From assembly GCA_017654855.1 (NCBI GenBank), contig CM030337.1:620001-684000 (forward strand): 64,000 bases of DNA, read 5' to 3'. The notes beneath the pieces were generated by a model. That model saw only the letters and a program-made list of their open reading frames with translations, did no database searches and had not been told where the DNA came from. Shown here piece by piece: positions 1 through 12,345 of the stretch (position 1 is its first letter; every line of letters begins with the position of its first letter). This stretch comes from Podospora anserina. Its lineage: Eukaryota. Position numbers and translations under genes: made by a program.

Positions 1-603
1 GAGCAGCATATGTGTCTCAGCAGCAATTCTCCCCCATCAATCCAAGAAGAAACGAAACATGCCAATTTTCCAATTCCCATATTCATTCTCCTGTGTAACC
101 TCCTCACCCAAGGTACCGCCGAAAGGTGACAGGAGGTTCTACAATCCTCACCTAGCGTCTTCTCAAACTGAGCTGCATGGTAGATCCTCTTTGACACTCT
201 CCCAAAACGTCAAGATCATCGCCATCACACCACCTTTTTTCCAAAACGCACACACACCAACCCTTTTCTATCACTGTTCTTCTCCCCGCAAGATCTATTG
301 TCACACTCAGTCAGTCAGTCACACTACACAAACCGTTACAATGTCACCCATCCTTCCCAGCAGGAAAAAAACCTCCTTCGCTTCCAGAGTTCCTGTCGGT
401 GATGGAAAGGGTGTGACAGAAAAAAGAAAAAGAAAAAGGCATGGCGTTGCAATGATAGACACAAACAACTCAATCGTTTTCCTATTGGATACCGACCACA
501 GCTTTAGCGCAAGTGCCATCGTTGTCTGGGCGAGCATTGTAATTAATCTTCTATTACAACCACAAAAGAAAGTCATGATCTATTGGTATGCACCCATGAT
601 CTG

Positions 604-633
604 ACAACAACAACAACAACAACAACAACAACA
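604..633. repeat. (ACA)10 microsatellite
   Basis: Perfect trinucleotide run read directly. Confidence 0.95.
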
Positions 634-1616
634 CAGTTGCGTAGGAGGCTTTCAGCTAGTGGATTTCCCGTATAAAAATTCCCTGACTGCCAACTCTCTC
701 AAAGCTAGTATCACTAACAGACGAATATGTGACCTGTCAGTTTAACATTCTCCACAGCCTTGTTCGTCAGTCTCCAAGTGAGTCTTCGGACCTTGAATCG
801 GAGGCAGGAGCACAGTAGCAACACAATTGTTTGAAGTCAAAATATACTGTCCCTTGTCTCAGAAACAAAAAAAAAAAAAACTCGAGACGCCTCGCCCCAT
901 GCCAGATCTAAGACACACAAGAAACACAAGAAGTCGTTGGCTCAAATCAACTTTCTCCTCTTGCTGCTGGTCGCTTCCTGTCGGTCAGTCACAAAGAGAC
1001 ACGAGTTCAACGCCTTTCTTGTCAGGGTTCAAGTCGGTGTGTAGTCTCGCCTTTGTTGAGAAGCAGACCACACCCAAAGTGGTATCAAATGCTTCCGAGT
1101 GCATCAAGGTCAGTTGTCAAACAACAGTTTCATCGCAGTGAAGTGTGTGAGAGAGAGATGTGTATGCTATGTGAATTATATTAATTTATTTTTTATCTTC
1201 ACTAGCTAGGTAATAGCATCATACATTATCCCCTTCCCCCCTCCCTTTTGTGAGTGAAGCTAAACCACCCCAATACTTTTTTTTCTTTTGCCATCCCCTG
1301 TTTCCACACACCCATCCATTCACACATCATCGTCATCATCCGTAGAATATCAAGTAGTTGTTACATGACCAAAAGAAAAGAGATACTCCTCATATGGTTC
1401 CTCCCACCCACCCCATCACCGCCCAAAGTCGGTTTTCCGTTACACATTTGTTGCCAACGACGACGCCCCCCAACCCCCCCAGCCATATCCAACAACTCCA
1501 AATACCCAATAATAAACAACAAGAATGAAAAAAAGGAAAAATGAAAAAAGGAACGCGCACAAGAATGTGATACACATACACCACCACTGCCCTCCCACCC
1601 AATGCTTTTTTTGCCC

Positions 1617-1670
<54 letters not shown>
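1617..1670. repeat. (TTG)18 / (CAA)18 microsatellite just downstream of the C2H2 gene stop
   Basis: Perfect run; explains the poly-Q/poly-C/poly-L pseudo-ORFs in the track. Confidence 0.95.
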
Positions 1671-1672
<2 letters not shown>

Positions 1673-1673
<1 letters not shown>

Positions 1674-2886
1674 CAAAGATCAGAATCCATCGAGTCCATA
1701 CTCTCCCCCCTCATCTTATTACCACCCACCCCCTTCCCCATCACCCTACTCTTGAACTTCTTCGAGCTATTAATCCTCGCCTGCTCCCGGTTAAAAACCT
1801 CAATCGCCTCCGGGTTGTACTCGGTCCGACTGTTCTTGCTCTTGCTCTTCGCGTGCAGCCTGATGTGCTGCTTCCAGTTGTCCCGCCTGTTAAACCTCTT
1901 GGGCTGCCCGTCTTTGCTCTTCTCCGGCGGGCAAAACTCGCACACCCAGCCTTCTTTCTTTCCCCCGATGCCGTGTTCGCTGTTGTGATGTGTTAGAAAC
2001 TGTATCAGATAGTAACTCGGGGGGTTGGGCGGGCTTACTTCTTGAGATGCCTCTTCAGATGCTCATTCCTCCTATAGGGCCCATAAGAACACCCAGGCAC
2101 AATGCACCGAAACGTAGCCTTTGGCTCGACATCATTCACACTCTCGCCCCCCCTCTGCGCCCTGATCCTCCCGTGTCTCTGCCTAGGAGGCGGCGGGGGA
2201 TCATCCTTGATCCTATGAATAGGCGACGGCAACAACCCCACAGCCGAGGGCTCAACAGACAGGCTGTCCTTCAGACACTTATTCCTCATGTCGATATCCT
2301 CCCTCTCGTCCTCAAACTTGAGCGGCGGGTGCCGAACCATCAAGCTCGGCCTCTTTGGCGTGTGCTCCCCAAAGCTGATCGGACTGTGGCTGTCCTGTGG
2401 CCAGCGCCAGTTCTCCAGCCCGTTGCTCGAAGGCAGCTGCTGCTGGGGACTCACCACCGCGGGTGGTGGCTGGAAGAGGTTGTCCCCGCAGTAGTACTCG
2501 ACGTGTTGAGAAGGGGATAGTTGAACACCGCCATATCCGTTGTGGGAAAAGCTTCCGAAGCTCAGCTGGCTGCCACGCGAAGGAGTAAGGGGGAAGCCTG
2601 GCTGGCTAAAGTCGGATATGCCATCACCCTTGAAGGCGAATGGAAAGTATGAGTTGGATGCTGAAGACGGAGGAGTGAGCTCAATGGAGTGGCCGTCGAT
2701 CGACGAGCTGAACGAGGAGGCATAGTCAAACGAGTGTCGTGGAGGAGTGGACCGGCCAGAGGTCGGTGTGTGAGGGCCGTAGCTGGAGGACGAAAGGGAA
2801 AAGCTGGATCCGCTAGGGCTAAACATGTCGTCGTCCTCCAACCCGAGAGGGACAGCATACAGCGGATGCCCTGTGTGGAATTCCAT
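1673..2886 (-). CDS. Two-finger C2H2 zinc-finger transcription factor, BrlA-like; exons 2886-2039, 1979-1673
   Basis: GTAAGC...CTAAC...CAG intron 2038-1980 joins FRCIVPGCSYGPYRRNEHLKRHLKNEH to WVCEFCPPEKSKDGQPKRFNRRDNWKQHIRLH. S/P-rich N-terminus. Finger 1 resembles the BrlA 'C..PGC...F.R.EHLKRH' pattern. Confidence 0.85.
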
Positions 2887-3418
2887 ATTTGCCTTCACCG
2901 GCGCGTAAGAAGAGGGGATTGGCAGCAACGAGTGAAGGGAAGAAGCGAGGAGGACCAAAGGGGTTGAAGACCAAATAGACCTCTCTCGCCCTGAAGCACA
3001 GGAATGAGGGCTGCTGGATAGATATACAGGAACAAGAGCGAGGATCGTCAGGAAAGACGGGTGGGACCCCTTGGACAACTGATGGACAACCCATCTGTCA
3101 AAGTAGGAATAGCTTGACCAATATAAGGGGCAAGGGAAAGGAGACTCGCGTGTGGCACATTCCTGTGCGACTCCCAAATGGCCGAGAGGAAAATGTCGTA
3201 GATCTCCTGCTCGCCATCAGAGTACCTGAGAAATGTACCTTGAGGGACTCGCCCGTCCGTGCGGAGAAATGTCCCACTGCCCATGAGGGATGGAGTGATC
3301 GCCAGCAGCGTCTGCACAGCGAGACAAGAGGGCCGACAAGTGGCCTTGCTGCAAGAGATAAGCTAGGTTTCTGAAGCCAAACAGGGTGGTATAATCCAGG
3401 GCGACCAAAGAGGAATAG

Positions 3419-3473
3419 CTGGGGGGAGCGGTTAGCGTACATACATACAGCTTTGCAGCTACTGGCCGGTTAC
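3419..3473 (-). other. Putative 5'-UTR intron of the C2H2 gene
   Basis: Minus strand AG|GTAACC ... GCTAAC-cgctcccccCAG|, 55 nt, typical size, ~530 nt upstream of the ATG. Confidence 0.55.
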
Positions 3474-6400
3474 CTAGAACACCTGATAACTCTGTGAAGC
3501 TGCAAGAACATTTTGGCCTGCAACTCAAGCATCGGGAAAAAGCAATGTGGTAAGGAGATCAGGCGAGATCTTGGGCGAGGGTTTGCATAGGTAGGTGGGC
3601 AGGCAATTAGGTTCGGGGTCCCAGGCTCCTGGCCTTCGCCGGGCTGGAATGGCGATAGCACACGGGCAGGAATGGTGGGCTTCCCTCATCAAGAGGCCGA
3701 GCACAGGTGAGACAATCGAGTATCAAGGTGTGTGGACGATCAACAGTCGTTGCCGCAGGCCCCTCCACTTCCATGAGACTTGGGAGGCAACGTGCGTCCT
3801 TCTGTGGTCTGCGGAGGTTTGACACTGTGGAGAGTGAAGATCGAAAGGGTCGATGAACAGGTAAATTGTTCCTAGACCTTTGTTCGGTAGGGCGAGGTTG
3901 AGTAACCCCCGTCCCGGATTAGCTGAGAGAGATGCAAACACCAACTTATCGGCAAGGTAAGGTAAATACTAGGTAAGCAAGAAGCAAACTTGGGTCCGGG
4001 TCGAAAGAGACGAAGAAGAAAATAAGTCAGGTAGGCTGGACGATCCAATCGGATTGGGTAACATGAGGAGCCGGCATTTCCTACAGGTGACAGAGCAGAG
4101 TCGTAGTGGTTGGCAAGTCTCGGCGGGATCCAACGATCTAGGAACCAAGATAGCCTTCTTCCCCCCATCCCTCCCCCCGCGTCCCCCCCAAAAAAAGGAT
4201 ACCCTCCAACAAGTTCGAGCTCCCACGATGCCGGGGATGGTGTTGGGGAAGTTGAGAGCGCGGCCCTGACGCGAGCCAATGACAACGGCGGATCTGGGCT
4301 TGGGCAAGCCATACAACAAGGACGGCAAGGGTCAGCGTGCCAGGGCCTTGTGAGGCTTCAAAGTGGCATAGCGAGGGTGGTTGTGTGGGGCATCTCAGAC
4401 CCTGAATTTATCCCTCAGATAAACTCTATATTGACACTGTCCATGATGTGCTGCCATTCGCTTTGATCGTGCTTGCCAAGGGCGAAAGGGCACTTCTCCG
4501 ACCGGGCTGAATGAGCAGAATGGAAAGTAAAGCGCCTCTTTCTGTCCTGTCTAGCCCATGACCTCCATGCGAGCAAACATTTTGTCCGTTTCAAGCCTCA
4601 TGCTCACAAACAGCCGTCACACGGCGTCAACGACAACCGCCTCTCTCCTGACCCACTCACCCACCCACCTGGTCGACCGGTCTTCTCGTCGTCGAACGGA
4701 ACGATTCCATTGTCTGATCCTGTCTCGCCCTCATCAACTCTTCTGAGACTTCTCACCGCAGCCCATCCTCCCATTGCTTCTCCCTGTGGCCCAGCTGTAC
4801 CCTGACTAAGGCATGACAGGCATCCCCACCGATCTCTCTGCATTGTGACCTCTGATCGTATCTGTACCGCGTGTGCATATGATGAAGAAGAAGCAATCCG
4901 TCCTGGTCGTCATCGCCCAGCTGCAACACCTCCCCAACACACACACATCAGATTGATACGAAGATTCCCCGCATTTCCTGATGAGGTCGAACCGTATTGG
5001 GATTGGTTCGAGGCGTTCATGTTCGAGATCTGATCAGCATTGCTAACCAAGCCCACCTACCTAGCTGAGTTTGGATGGATTAGTGTGCCCTGTCTTGCAG
5101 TAGGGTACCGGAATCTTTGGTTGTGACGACCGTTTGCTTTGTATTTTGCTGATTTGATTGATCAGATCAACTAACAAGAAAACTGACCAGTAGTTGTGGT
5201 CGGGGGAAATACCCGGCAAGTCAATTGTTAACTCCGCAAGTGACAGCGAGCAAACAATCGAGGTTCAGCCTCCCCAGCTTTCTTCCTCGTCCTCTGGCCT
5301 CTGTCTTTTTGTCTCTCTCTACCACCTGCCAATGTCTCTCCCCAGTCTCCGTGGCTTGTTTACCCCTGACGGTCGAGGCAGGACGCTTACATATTTCATC
5401 CCTTGCGAAGAGTTACCGCAACGGCACAGAGCTGTAGGGCGTCTCGTCTCTGCTACGAACAACCTTGCGGTTTCTCTTCACAGCCAGCAAGTGTTCGGGC
5501 CGGATTAATGAGAGTGGACAATGATCTCCCTGCAAGAGGGCTCTTGTTCCTGCAGGACATCGTCGATGGAGGGGGGGTGTCAGGGGGATGGCTTTTCCCT
5601 TCCCCAAATCGTCAACACAATGGCATTGATTGCTTGGGGGGGCGTTGTAGAGCAAGTTGCACAGCCCACAGTGTCGGTGGCTTGTTTATCCGAGAGGCTG
5701 AAGGGGCCTCATTCATGAGGCACAACGCTTGATATCACCTTGATCACGCATGCTTCTTCCTCCAGTGAACTGCATCCACCCTCTGCCACGACCGCCATAT
5801 CACAACGGTCTCTGGGCAAACAAGAGGGGCCGGTGGTTCGAGACAAGATCCGCTTCGATTCTCTTGGTAGCGCTATCAAGTCCAGTGTATATGCCCGAGA
5901 TATTGTTCTTCGGCACAGTTGCCGTGTCTCATCGCGTCTCCTCTCCTGGACGGCGTGCGGGAGGCGCATGCTTAGCTAAGCCAGCCGGCTGGCTACCAGA
6001 TTCGCGGAACTTGCCGACAGGTGAAGGAGGGGTTCGTGATGTTTGTACGTGATATCGAAAGCCCCTTCTTGCATCTCTTCCTTCAGAGGCCAATATCAGG
6101 GGTTGGTCTGCTGTAGGGTTGTTCGAAGCAAGGAGTGAGAGGGAGGGAGAAGACACATGTTTGACAGGAAACGAACCTGCCTACTACATGAGGAGGGGAA
6201 GACATGGTGGGGGGGCATGGCTGGGGATGACTTCATGTAGTTGTAGTTGCCAACTTCTTCAGCCCAAGTTACTCTACACAAGACAACCCCCTCTCGGATG
6301 CCCATGTTGTGGCTATTACTAACGGTGACAACTTTTATGTACCTAACCCCCTCTCGTGATCTCGTCACCATCCAACATCAGCGACAAACATCTCCCAGCT

Positions 6401-7491
6401 GACCTCCCTACAAAGTATCAGCACATGGTAGACTACCTCACTACACTGATGATTAATTCCCAAAACAATGAGACGACCATCACCACCGCCCGCCCGCCAC
6501 TATCACCAAAGCAGCAGCTACAGCATGTTCCTCCTACCTAGATAGACAAACATCTTCTCAACCGTGACATCAAATCATACGAGAACCACTCACTCGCCGA
6601 ACTTGGGGGTAGGTAGGCGGTGGTTTCATCACAGCTGAGCAACCTCTACGAGAAGAATCGATTCTAATTTCAGCTCATGCCAGTCAGCCAAGCTTGGTCT
6701 TTTATTAGCCCTATTGGATTTGGTGCTCGTTTTTGTTTGCGAGCGGGAGGTAAGGGGGTGATATATGCTGAGAGATGAAATAACTGGTGAATGTAAAGGA
6801 ACTTGACGGAGATAGCATGTTGAATTGTTTATGGTAGAGATGATTGAAACTCTTGTAAAGATGGAAAGATGGTTGATAGTGTCTTTGAAAGATAGGTAAG
6901 GGGTCTTGGAGGATAAGTTCATCGGTTTTAAAAGATACCCAAGGTAGCGAAGAGGCCTGTTTCCTATTTTAAAAATGGCCAACTCTTAGCTGTTATCACC
7001 AGCTTACAGAGCTGTCTACGTGCGTGGTAATGTAAATAGTTACAGCATCATAATACGACTACAAAAGTTGCCTTTGTGAGTGTGGCGGAATAATCGAGGG
7101 CGCCTATTATCCGAGAAAGATATAACACCGAAATTTGGCTCGAGAAAAGGATAGGATAAAATAACGAAAGTTGAGGTGAAAAGGAAAACATGTGAGATTG
7201 CTTTGCTCCACCAGTTGACCTCAAAAGGTTCCGTGTCTACCTAAATAGAGTAGCAAGGTAGGAAAGCATGACAGGACTGTTGACAAGAATAGTATTTATA
7301 CCCCACGAATCTAACACATGTCGGTACCTCATCCATATATATATAGGTAGCCTTTATATACCGACGAGCGAGCCTGTGATTCACTTCTCACAGCATATCA
7401 GGCAACTGAGAGACAATTGGATTCTTTTAAACCATGTCAATATATCCTTCAGAGACAGAACCCCATTCTTCCTTTGCCCTTGAGCAACAAC

Positions 7492-9292
7492 CTACTCCTC
7501 ATCACTCCCGCTCCCCTCCCCATCAACACTCCCCTCCTCATCATCATCCCCCTCATCATAAGCATCATCCAGCTCCTCCTTCGTAGCCTCCAGCCCGCTC
7601 GAGCTCATAAACTTCTCCTCCTTCGCCTCCGTCTTGGCCTCCACCAGCAGATTCTCCTGCACCTCACAACCACTCAGCGAGCACCCCTCGCCCAACTCGG
7701 CCCTCTTCCCAATGATGCACTTGGTCAACTTGCAGTTCTTCCCAACCACCACACCATCCATCAGCAGGCAACCCTGCAGCTTGGCGCCCTCGCCGATCTG
7801 GCAGTTGGCCCCAATGACGGACTCCTTGATGGAAGTCTTCTCTGACACGGTCACGTTGTCGGCGACGAGAGAGTCAGACTTGGAGATGGTGGTTCTGGGC
7901 TTGACACCCTCTGGGTAGGCGACCTTGCGGGCGTGGCAGTAGGGACTGGGTGGGTTGGTGGTGTCGTGGATCTCCTCTAGGGAAGGCAGCTTGGCCAGTT
8001 GGAGGGAGATTTGCAGTAGCAGTTGGGCCGTGTCGACGCGGCGGATGATGGGTGTTGGTTTGGCTGGGGTGCCGGTAGAGGTAGGGTGGATGTAGGCGAG
8101 CAATGGTGGTACCTCTACCGATTTGGAAGCAGACTCCATGGGGTTAGGCTCTTCCACCTTGGGGGTCTTGAAGGTGACCACCTGGTTAGGTTCCTCAGCT
8201 GGGGTGGAGTTCAGGCTGAGCTTTTGAGTGGCAGTCTCGAGACTGGTGGTGTTGGTGGTGGTGGTTTCACCACGGGGACTGTTGGTGCCGCCGTGTTGGG
8301 AAGACGAATCGTCCACTGGTAGGGCGAGAAACTCGTCAAATCCAAGCTTGGAAGACAGGCCCTTTTGCCAGCTGGCTTTGGCCCACCAGCCGATGACATC
8401 TTCGCCAATGGTTTCGAGTCGGTCATTTTCCTTGACGAACTTCATCACCCATTGAGGGAAGATGTAAATATGGGCGTCGCGGTGGGTGGTATGCATTTTG
8501 ATCTTGGGGTGCTGTTCGACGAGGTCGTGGCGGGAAGGGAAGCCCTTCTTGTCCTCCAGGGTATCCTTCAGAGTATCTGTGGGCATCGAGCATACCAGCT
8601 TGGACAGGTGAGGGAAGAGAGAGCCGCTCGCGGGCAGCACTGAGGATGAGGGCAGTGGTACTGTCGCAATAAACTCGGTTTCCTCACCCTTGATGGGTGT
8701 CTCTGATTTTGTTTGGTAGTAGACGGACAGACCGCCGCTGTGCTTTCCCTGGGATGCGCGAGAGTCGCCCAGCACATCTCCTAAGCTGGCAGACTTGACC
8801 ATCCATGCTTGCAAGAGCTTCTCTGGACCCAACTCGCATACCAGATCGCAAGGGAGGACCAAGAAGTCGGAAGTTACGAGTGACTGTAGCTCTGGAAGTC
8901 TGAGAATCTCGGCAGTGCCCGTGTTTTGATTCAAGTCCTCTGGTGCAAGGAGATCAGGGCGTGGGAGTGGCAAGCCAGTCAAGAATGGATTTGTCTTGAG
9001 CGCACTGTCAATGGCTTCCTTGGCTGATGGGGGGCAGATGAGTGTGATGTCTGCAATACATGTTAGTTATGAAAGAACAATAAGGTGTTGAGATTGGTTG
9101 TGAGGTCTCACTTGTGATGCCAGCTCGGTAACAAAATTCAAGCGGGTACCAGACCATAGGCCGATTGGCAATGGGAAGCAGAGCCTTTGGGTTCTCATCA
9201 GGGTTTGCTGTGAACGTTGGGAATGAGCTTCCTGGGCCGCACAAGATGAGGGCCTGCAACCCAGGGGTCGCGATAGTGACTGCGTGGGGCAT
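7492..9292 (-). CDS. GCD1: Translation initiation factor eIF2B gamma subunit; exons 9292-9112, 9050-7492 (579 aa)
   Basis: N-terminal nucleotidyltransferase-like motifs (QALILCGPG...PKALLPIANRPMVWYPL; LVLPCDL), C-terminal hexapeptide beta-helix (SVIGANCQIGEGAKLQGCLLMDGVVVG), acidic tail. GT-AG intron 9111-9051 restores the frame. Confidence 0.93.
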
Positions 9293-9569
9293 GGCAGCAA
9301 GTCTCTTAGACGGGTAACTGTTTGATGAAGGTGATTGCTCAAGGAAATCTGAGGTGGGGTTGATTTTTTGTGACGGGCTGCCCTGTATGGTAAGTCTAGA
9401 ACTCTGTCCAACTGGAAATCTGAATCAGTGACTGGGTTGATGGAGCTGACTTTTCCTCTGGCTTTTGTTACTGTAAGTGAGAATCTGAGTCACCAGAAGC
9501 CAGCCGCAAAGGAAGGTTTGCCCTCAAAAGACCCCTCCATTCATGTGTGAATGCCCCTCCTTGACATAA

Positions 9570-9583
9570 CAGGGTTAGGGTTT
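9570..9583. promoter_or_regulatory. Telomere-like promoter motif CAGGGTTAGGGTTT (Tbf1/telobox-type site)
   Basis: An identical 14-mer occurs at 29417-29430. Both lie upstream of minus-strand genes. Confidence 0.45.
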
Positions 9584-10162
9584 GTGGCTTCGGCATTGCA
9601 TATTGGATACGTGTAGATTGAGGAATGATATTGGGCTCTAGGCTAGAGTACTAGACAACCTCTTTGAGATCGCAGAATGCAATTGACAATGTTAGCAGTT
9701 GTGATTGTCCTAGTTCCTGAGGCCAGACTGATGATGCTTTTGTCAAACTTGGGCTGTTGAAAAGTGACGTATTCTGACAAGAACACGGACCACACCGTGT
9801 TTCTTGGCGTCAGCTTCAGCTCTCCTTTGTTATTTCTCTCTGGGCCAACCACCTGCCTCGGTTTGGTCTATCCGAAAATTGGAGCTCGGCTTTGGTGTGC
9901 AACAAGACGAAGCTGGGGCCGCAACCGCGCTGGGGGCGCCGGCATCAAACAAACCGTGCCATCCCTCCCCAGCCTTCTCATTGACCGCGCCATCTCCACA
10001 TGTCCATGTCCATGTCCACATGCTACCACCTGCTTAGACTATAGTGTCCCTCCCCATCACCAGCCACATAGTTTTCAACATCTCTTGACGACCTCCCCGA
10101 GTAAACCGACGAGAGCAAGCCGCAACCCGCCCGAAACGAGATGATCGATCGCAACATCACCA

Positions 10163-11506
10163 ATGTCGCCGCCCTATGAGTCGTCCCGCCGCCGCGGCGT
10201 CTGGAACCATTGGGTCCCGCTCGCCGTGACCGTCACGGTTGCGACAGTGGGCGTTGTCGCCTGGGTTTGGAGCCAGCGGAAGGAGGAAGATCAGGAGGAA
10301 GCAGAGACCGGTTCCGCCTACCAGGATCTCGACTACGATGAAGGCGAATATGGTGACAACCCCGCCTACGGCGCGTCCCGGGATGGTGCTGCTGGCGGGA
10401 CCCAGACTCGCTCGGGCGGTCCTGGTGTCGCTGCTGCAGCCTCGCAGGTGGAATCGTCCACCCTGGGCTGGGCTGCGTTGCGCCGGACGCCGAGCCCTTC
10501 ACAATTCTTCGATACCGCGAGGAGGACTGTTACTGGAGGGCTGAGTGCGGCTGGCGCAGCTGTTGGAAGTGCTTTGGCTGCCATCAGGGAAGAGGACAAG
10601 ACCGCATATGCAGACCACGAGACCTGGTCCGAGGAGATCGAGGCCAAGAAGGAAAGGGTTGTCCCATCAACCTCACAGGCCAAGGATACCAACAAGCGCC
10701 GTAAGAAGGTTGCCATTGTTATCTCGGCTGATAATCATATCGACGATGTGGATGCGGATGGGTATCACGAACATGCTGTGCGTGCCCCCCTTTCGGTGTA
10801 CCCTTAAGCTCCCGAGAGAATATCCATGCTAATCCGCAATAGTCTATTCTGTCTCACATTCCTCGGTCAATTGACACCTCCAAGCACAAGCTCTATGTTC
10901 TCATCTATGCCCCCAATCTCAAGGAGACCACACGCGAATCGCCTAGCAACCGTCCCCCGCCTTCTTTGAGCTCGTCTTTCTCCAACATTGACCCCGCTCA
11001 AGCCCAGACTCCCGGCGATGAGGCCAAGAGCCCTGCGTACGTTTCAACTATCCGGTGGAGAATTCCACGGGTTCTGTAACTAACTTGCGTATAGAATCGG
11101 CCCATCCACATCTGATCCGGCCTACAACGCTATTTACGCCCAGGCTCAGGCGCTTGTTGAAAAAGACAGCATGATTCTGACCTTTACCACCCTTAATGGC
11201 CACTCGCACATTTTGCGCCACATTCAGCCCGAGATCATCTACCTCCAGGAGTCTCTCGGCGGCGAGAACGGCAGCATTGTCACCAACCTTCAGACCTGGC
11301 TCCGTCACGACATTATTCTGGTGGTGGGAGCGGAAAGCGGCCACGGAGGTCTCGCTGATAGCGAGTCAGAGGCGGAGAAGCCCGGAAAAGCGGAAGAGAT
11401 CTGGTGGCACCGGGAAGACCGGGTGGGCAGAGGACGCGGTGTCATCGTGGTCGATGCCCAAAAGGTGCAAGACGACTGGGCTCGCAGAGTGCTGGGTAAG
11501 GAGTAA
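10163..11506 (+). CDS. Pex22-like peroxin (filamentous-fungal type); exons 10163-10777, 10843-11036, 11095-11506
   Basis: N-terminal TM (HWVPLAVTVTVATVGVVAWVWS) and the motifs SILSHIP..LYVLIYAP, HILRHIQPEIIYLQESL, LVVGAESGHGGLADSE recalled from Pex22-like proteins. Two canonical introns keep the frame. Confidence 0.72.
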
Positions 11507-11655
11507 AAACAGGCCCGAGTGATGGACATGACTGCTCTGAGTTGATGATGATGGATTGGATTTTTTGATTTCTTGTAGACATGTTGCGTGAGCAAGCGTG
11601 TCATATATACCTCTGTAAGCACGATTTACATAAGATGCTGGTGTCACAGCCTATC

Positions 11656-11682
<27 letters not shown>
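11656..11682. repeat. (TAG)9 microsatellite
   Basis: Direct reading. Confidence 0.9.
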
Positions 11683-11688
<6 letters not shown>

Positions 11689-11729
11689 TATCTATAAAAC
11701 AAAAGATGGAAGGATACTGCATTATACTG

Positions 11730-11742
11730 GGGTCACGTGATG
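11730..11742. promoter_or_regulatory. E-box GGGTCACGTGATG (Cbf1/CDEI-type bHLH site) upstream of SPT20
   Basis: The same 13-mer occurs at 38562-38574 upstream of ATP15, and CACGTGAC at 16266-16273 upstream of ATG27. Confidence 0.5.
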
Positions 11743-12345
11743 CGGCTCAGTGCCAAGCAGCGTTGAAGCCACCACCCGTCCAAACAGGGATTGATTCGCC
11801 AAAGAAAACACCCCACAAAGAGACAGGCCATCGTCCACTGATCGACCCCAGGCGCATCCGCCAGAACGACGAGCATCAAGTTTCGGCATCGCAAGAATAT
11901 CAGTACATGCAGTCGGCCGCCGAGTCGCTGGAAGAACCGGTATCACGACGCATTGTCGACGTCGAAAACTCTGCTGCAAACCGCGTCGAACGACCGCCAT
12001 TGACGCCCGCCCCAACAGTGGAAAACACTGGACCTGACCTGGAACTCATTCCAGAGCCGAATCACGCTCCGCTGGCCGCGACCTGACCCTGGACCGCGGC
12101 GCATCATCATCATCCACCACCACCGCCCACTTCCAACCCCATCGGCCATCGCTATCGCGCCCGCCCCATCGATTCAAGCATCAGCCTCAATTGCTCCCAT
12201 CGACACTCGACCGTCCTCGGCGCTCTAACATATTTTTTTCTCTCTCGCCAGCCCTCCCGATGCGATTCGAGCAGGGGAGCAACCTCTAAGCGACGGGTCT
12301 CCCTCCCTCACGCCGCTGCCTGCGGGCAGCAGCTCACCCATCCAA

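Noticed and set aside
59-1141. ORFs 59-604 and 827-1141
   Set aside because: No domain features; homopolymer- and microsatellite-rich, consistent with the 3' flank of the C2H2 gene.
1440-1988. Poly-Q/poly-C/poly-L ORFs and a CTT-TGA 'shifty stop' at the C2H2 gene end
   Set aside because: Produced by the (TTG)18 repeat; any extension would be pure low complexity with no supporting signal.
6620-7260. AT-richer stretch as a RIP-decayed transposon
   Set aside because: No terminal repeats or recognisable transposase/RT remnants; needs a repeat-library search.
9570-9583. Telomerase RNA template or interstitial telomere
   Set aside because: Only about two repeat units, in a promoter position, with no other TER features recognisable.
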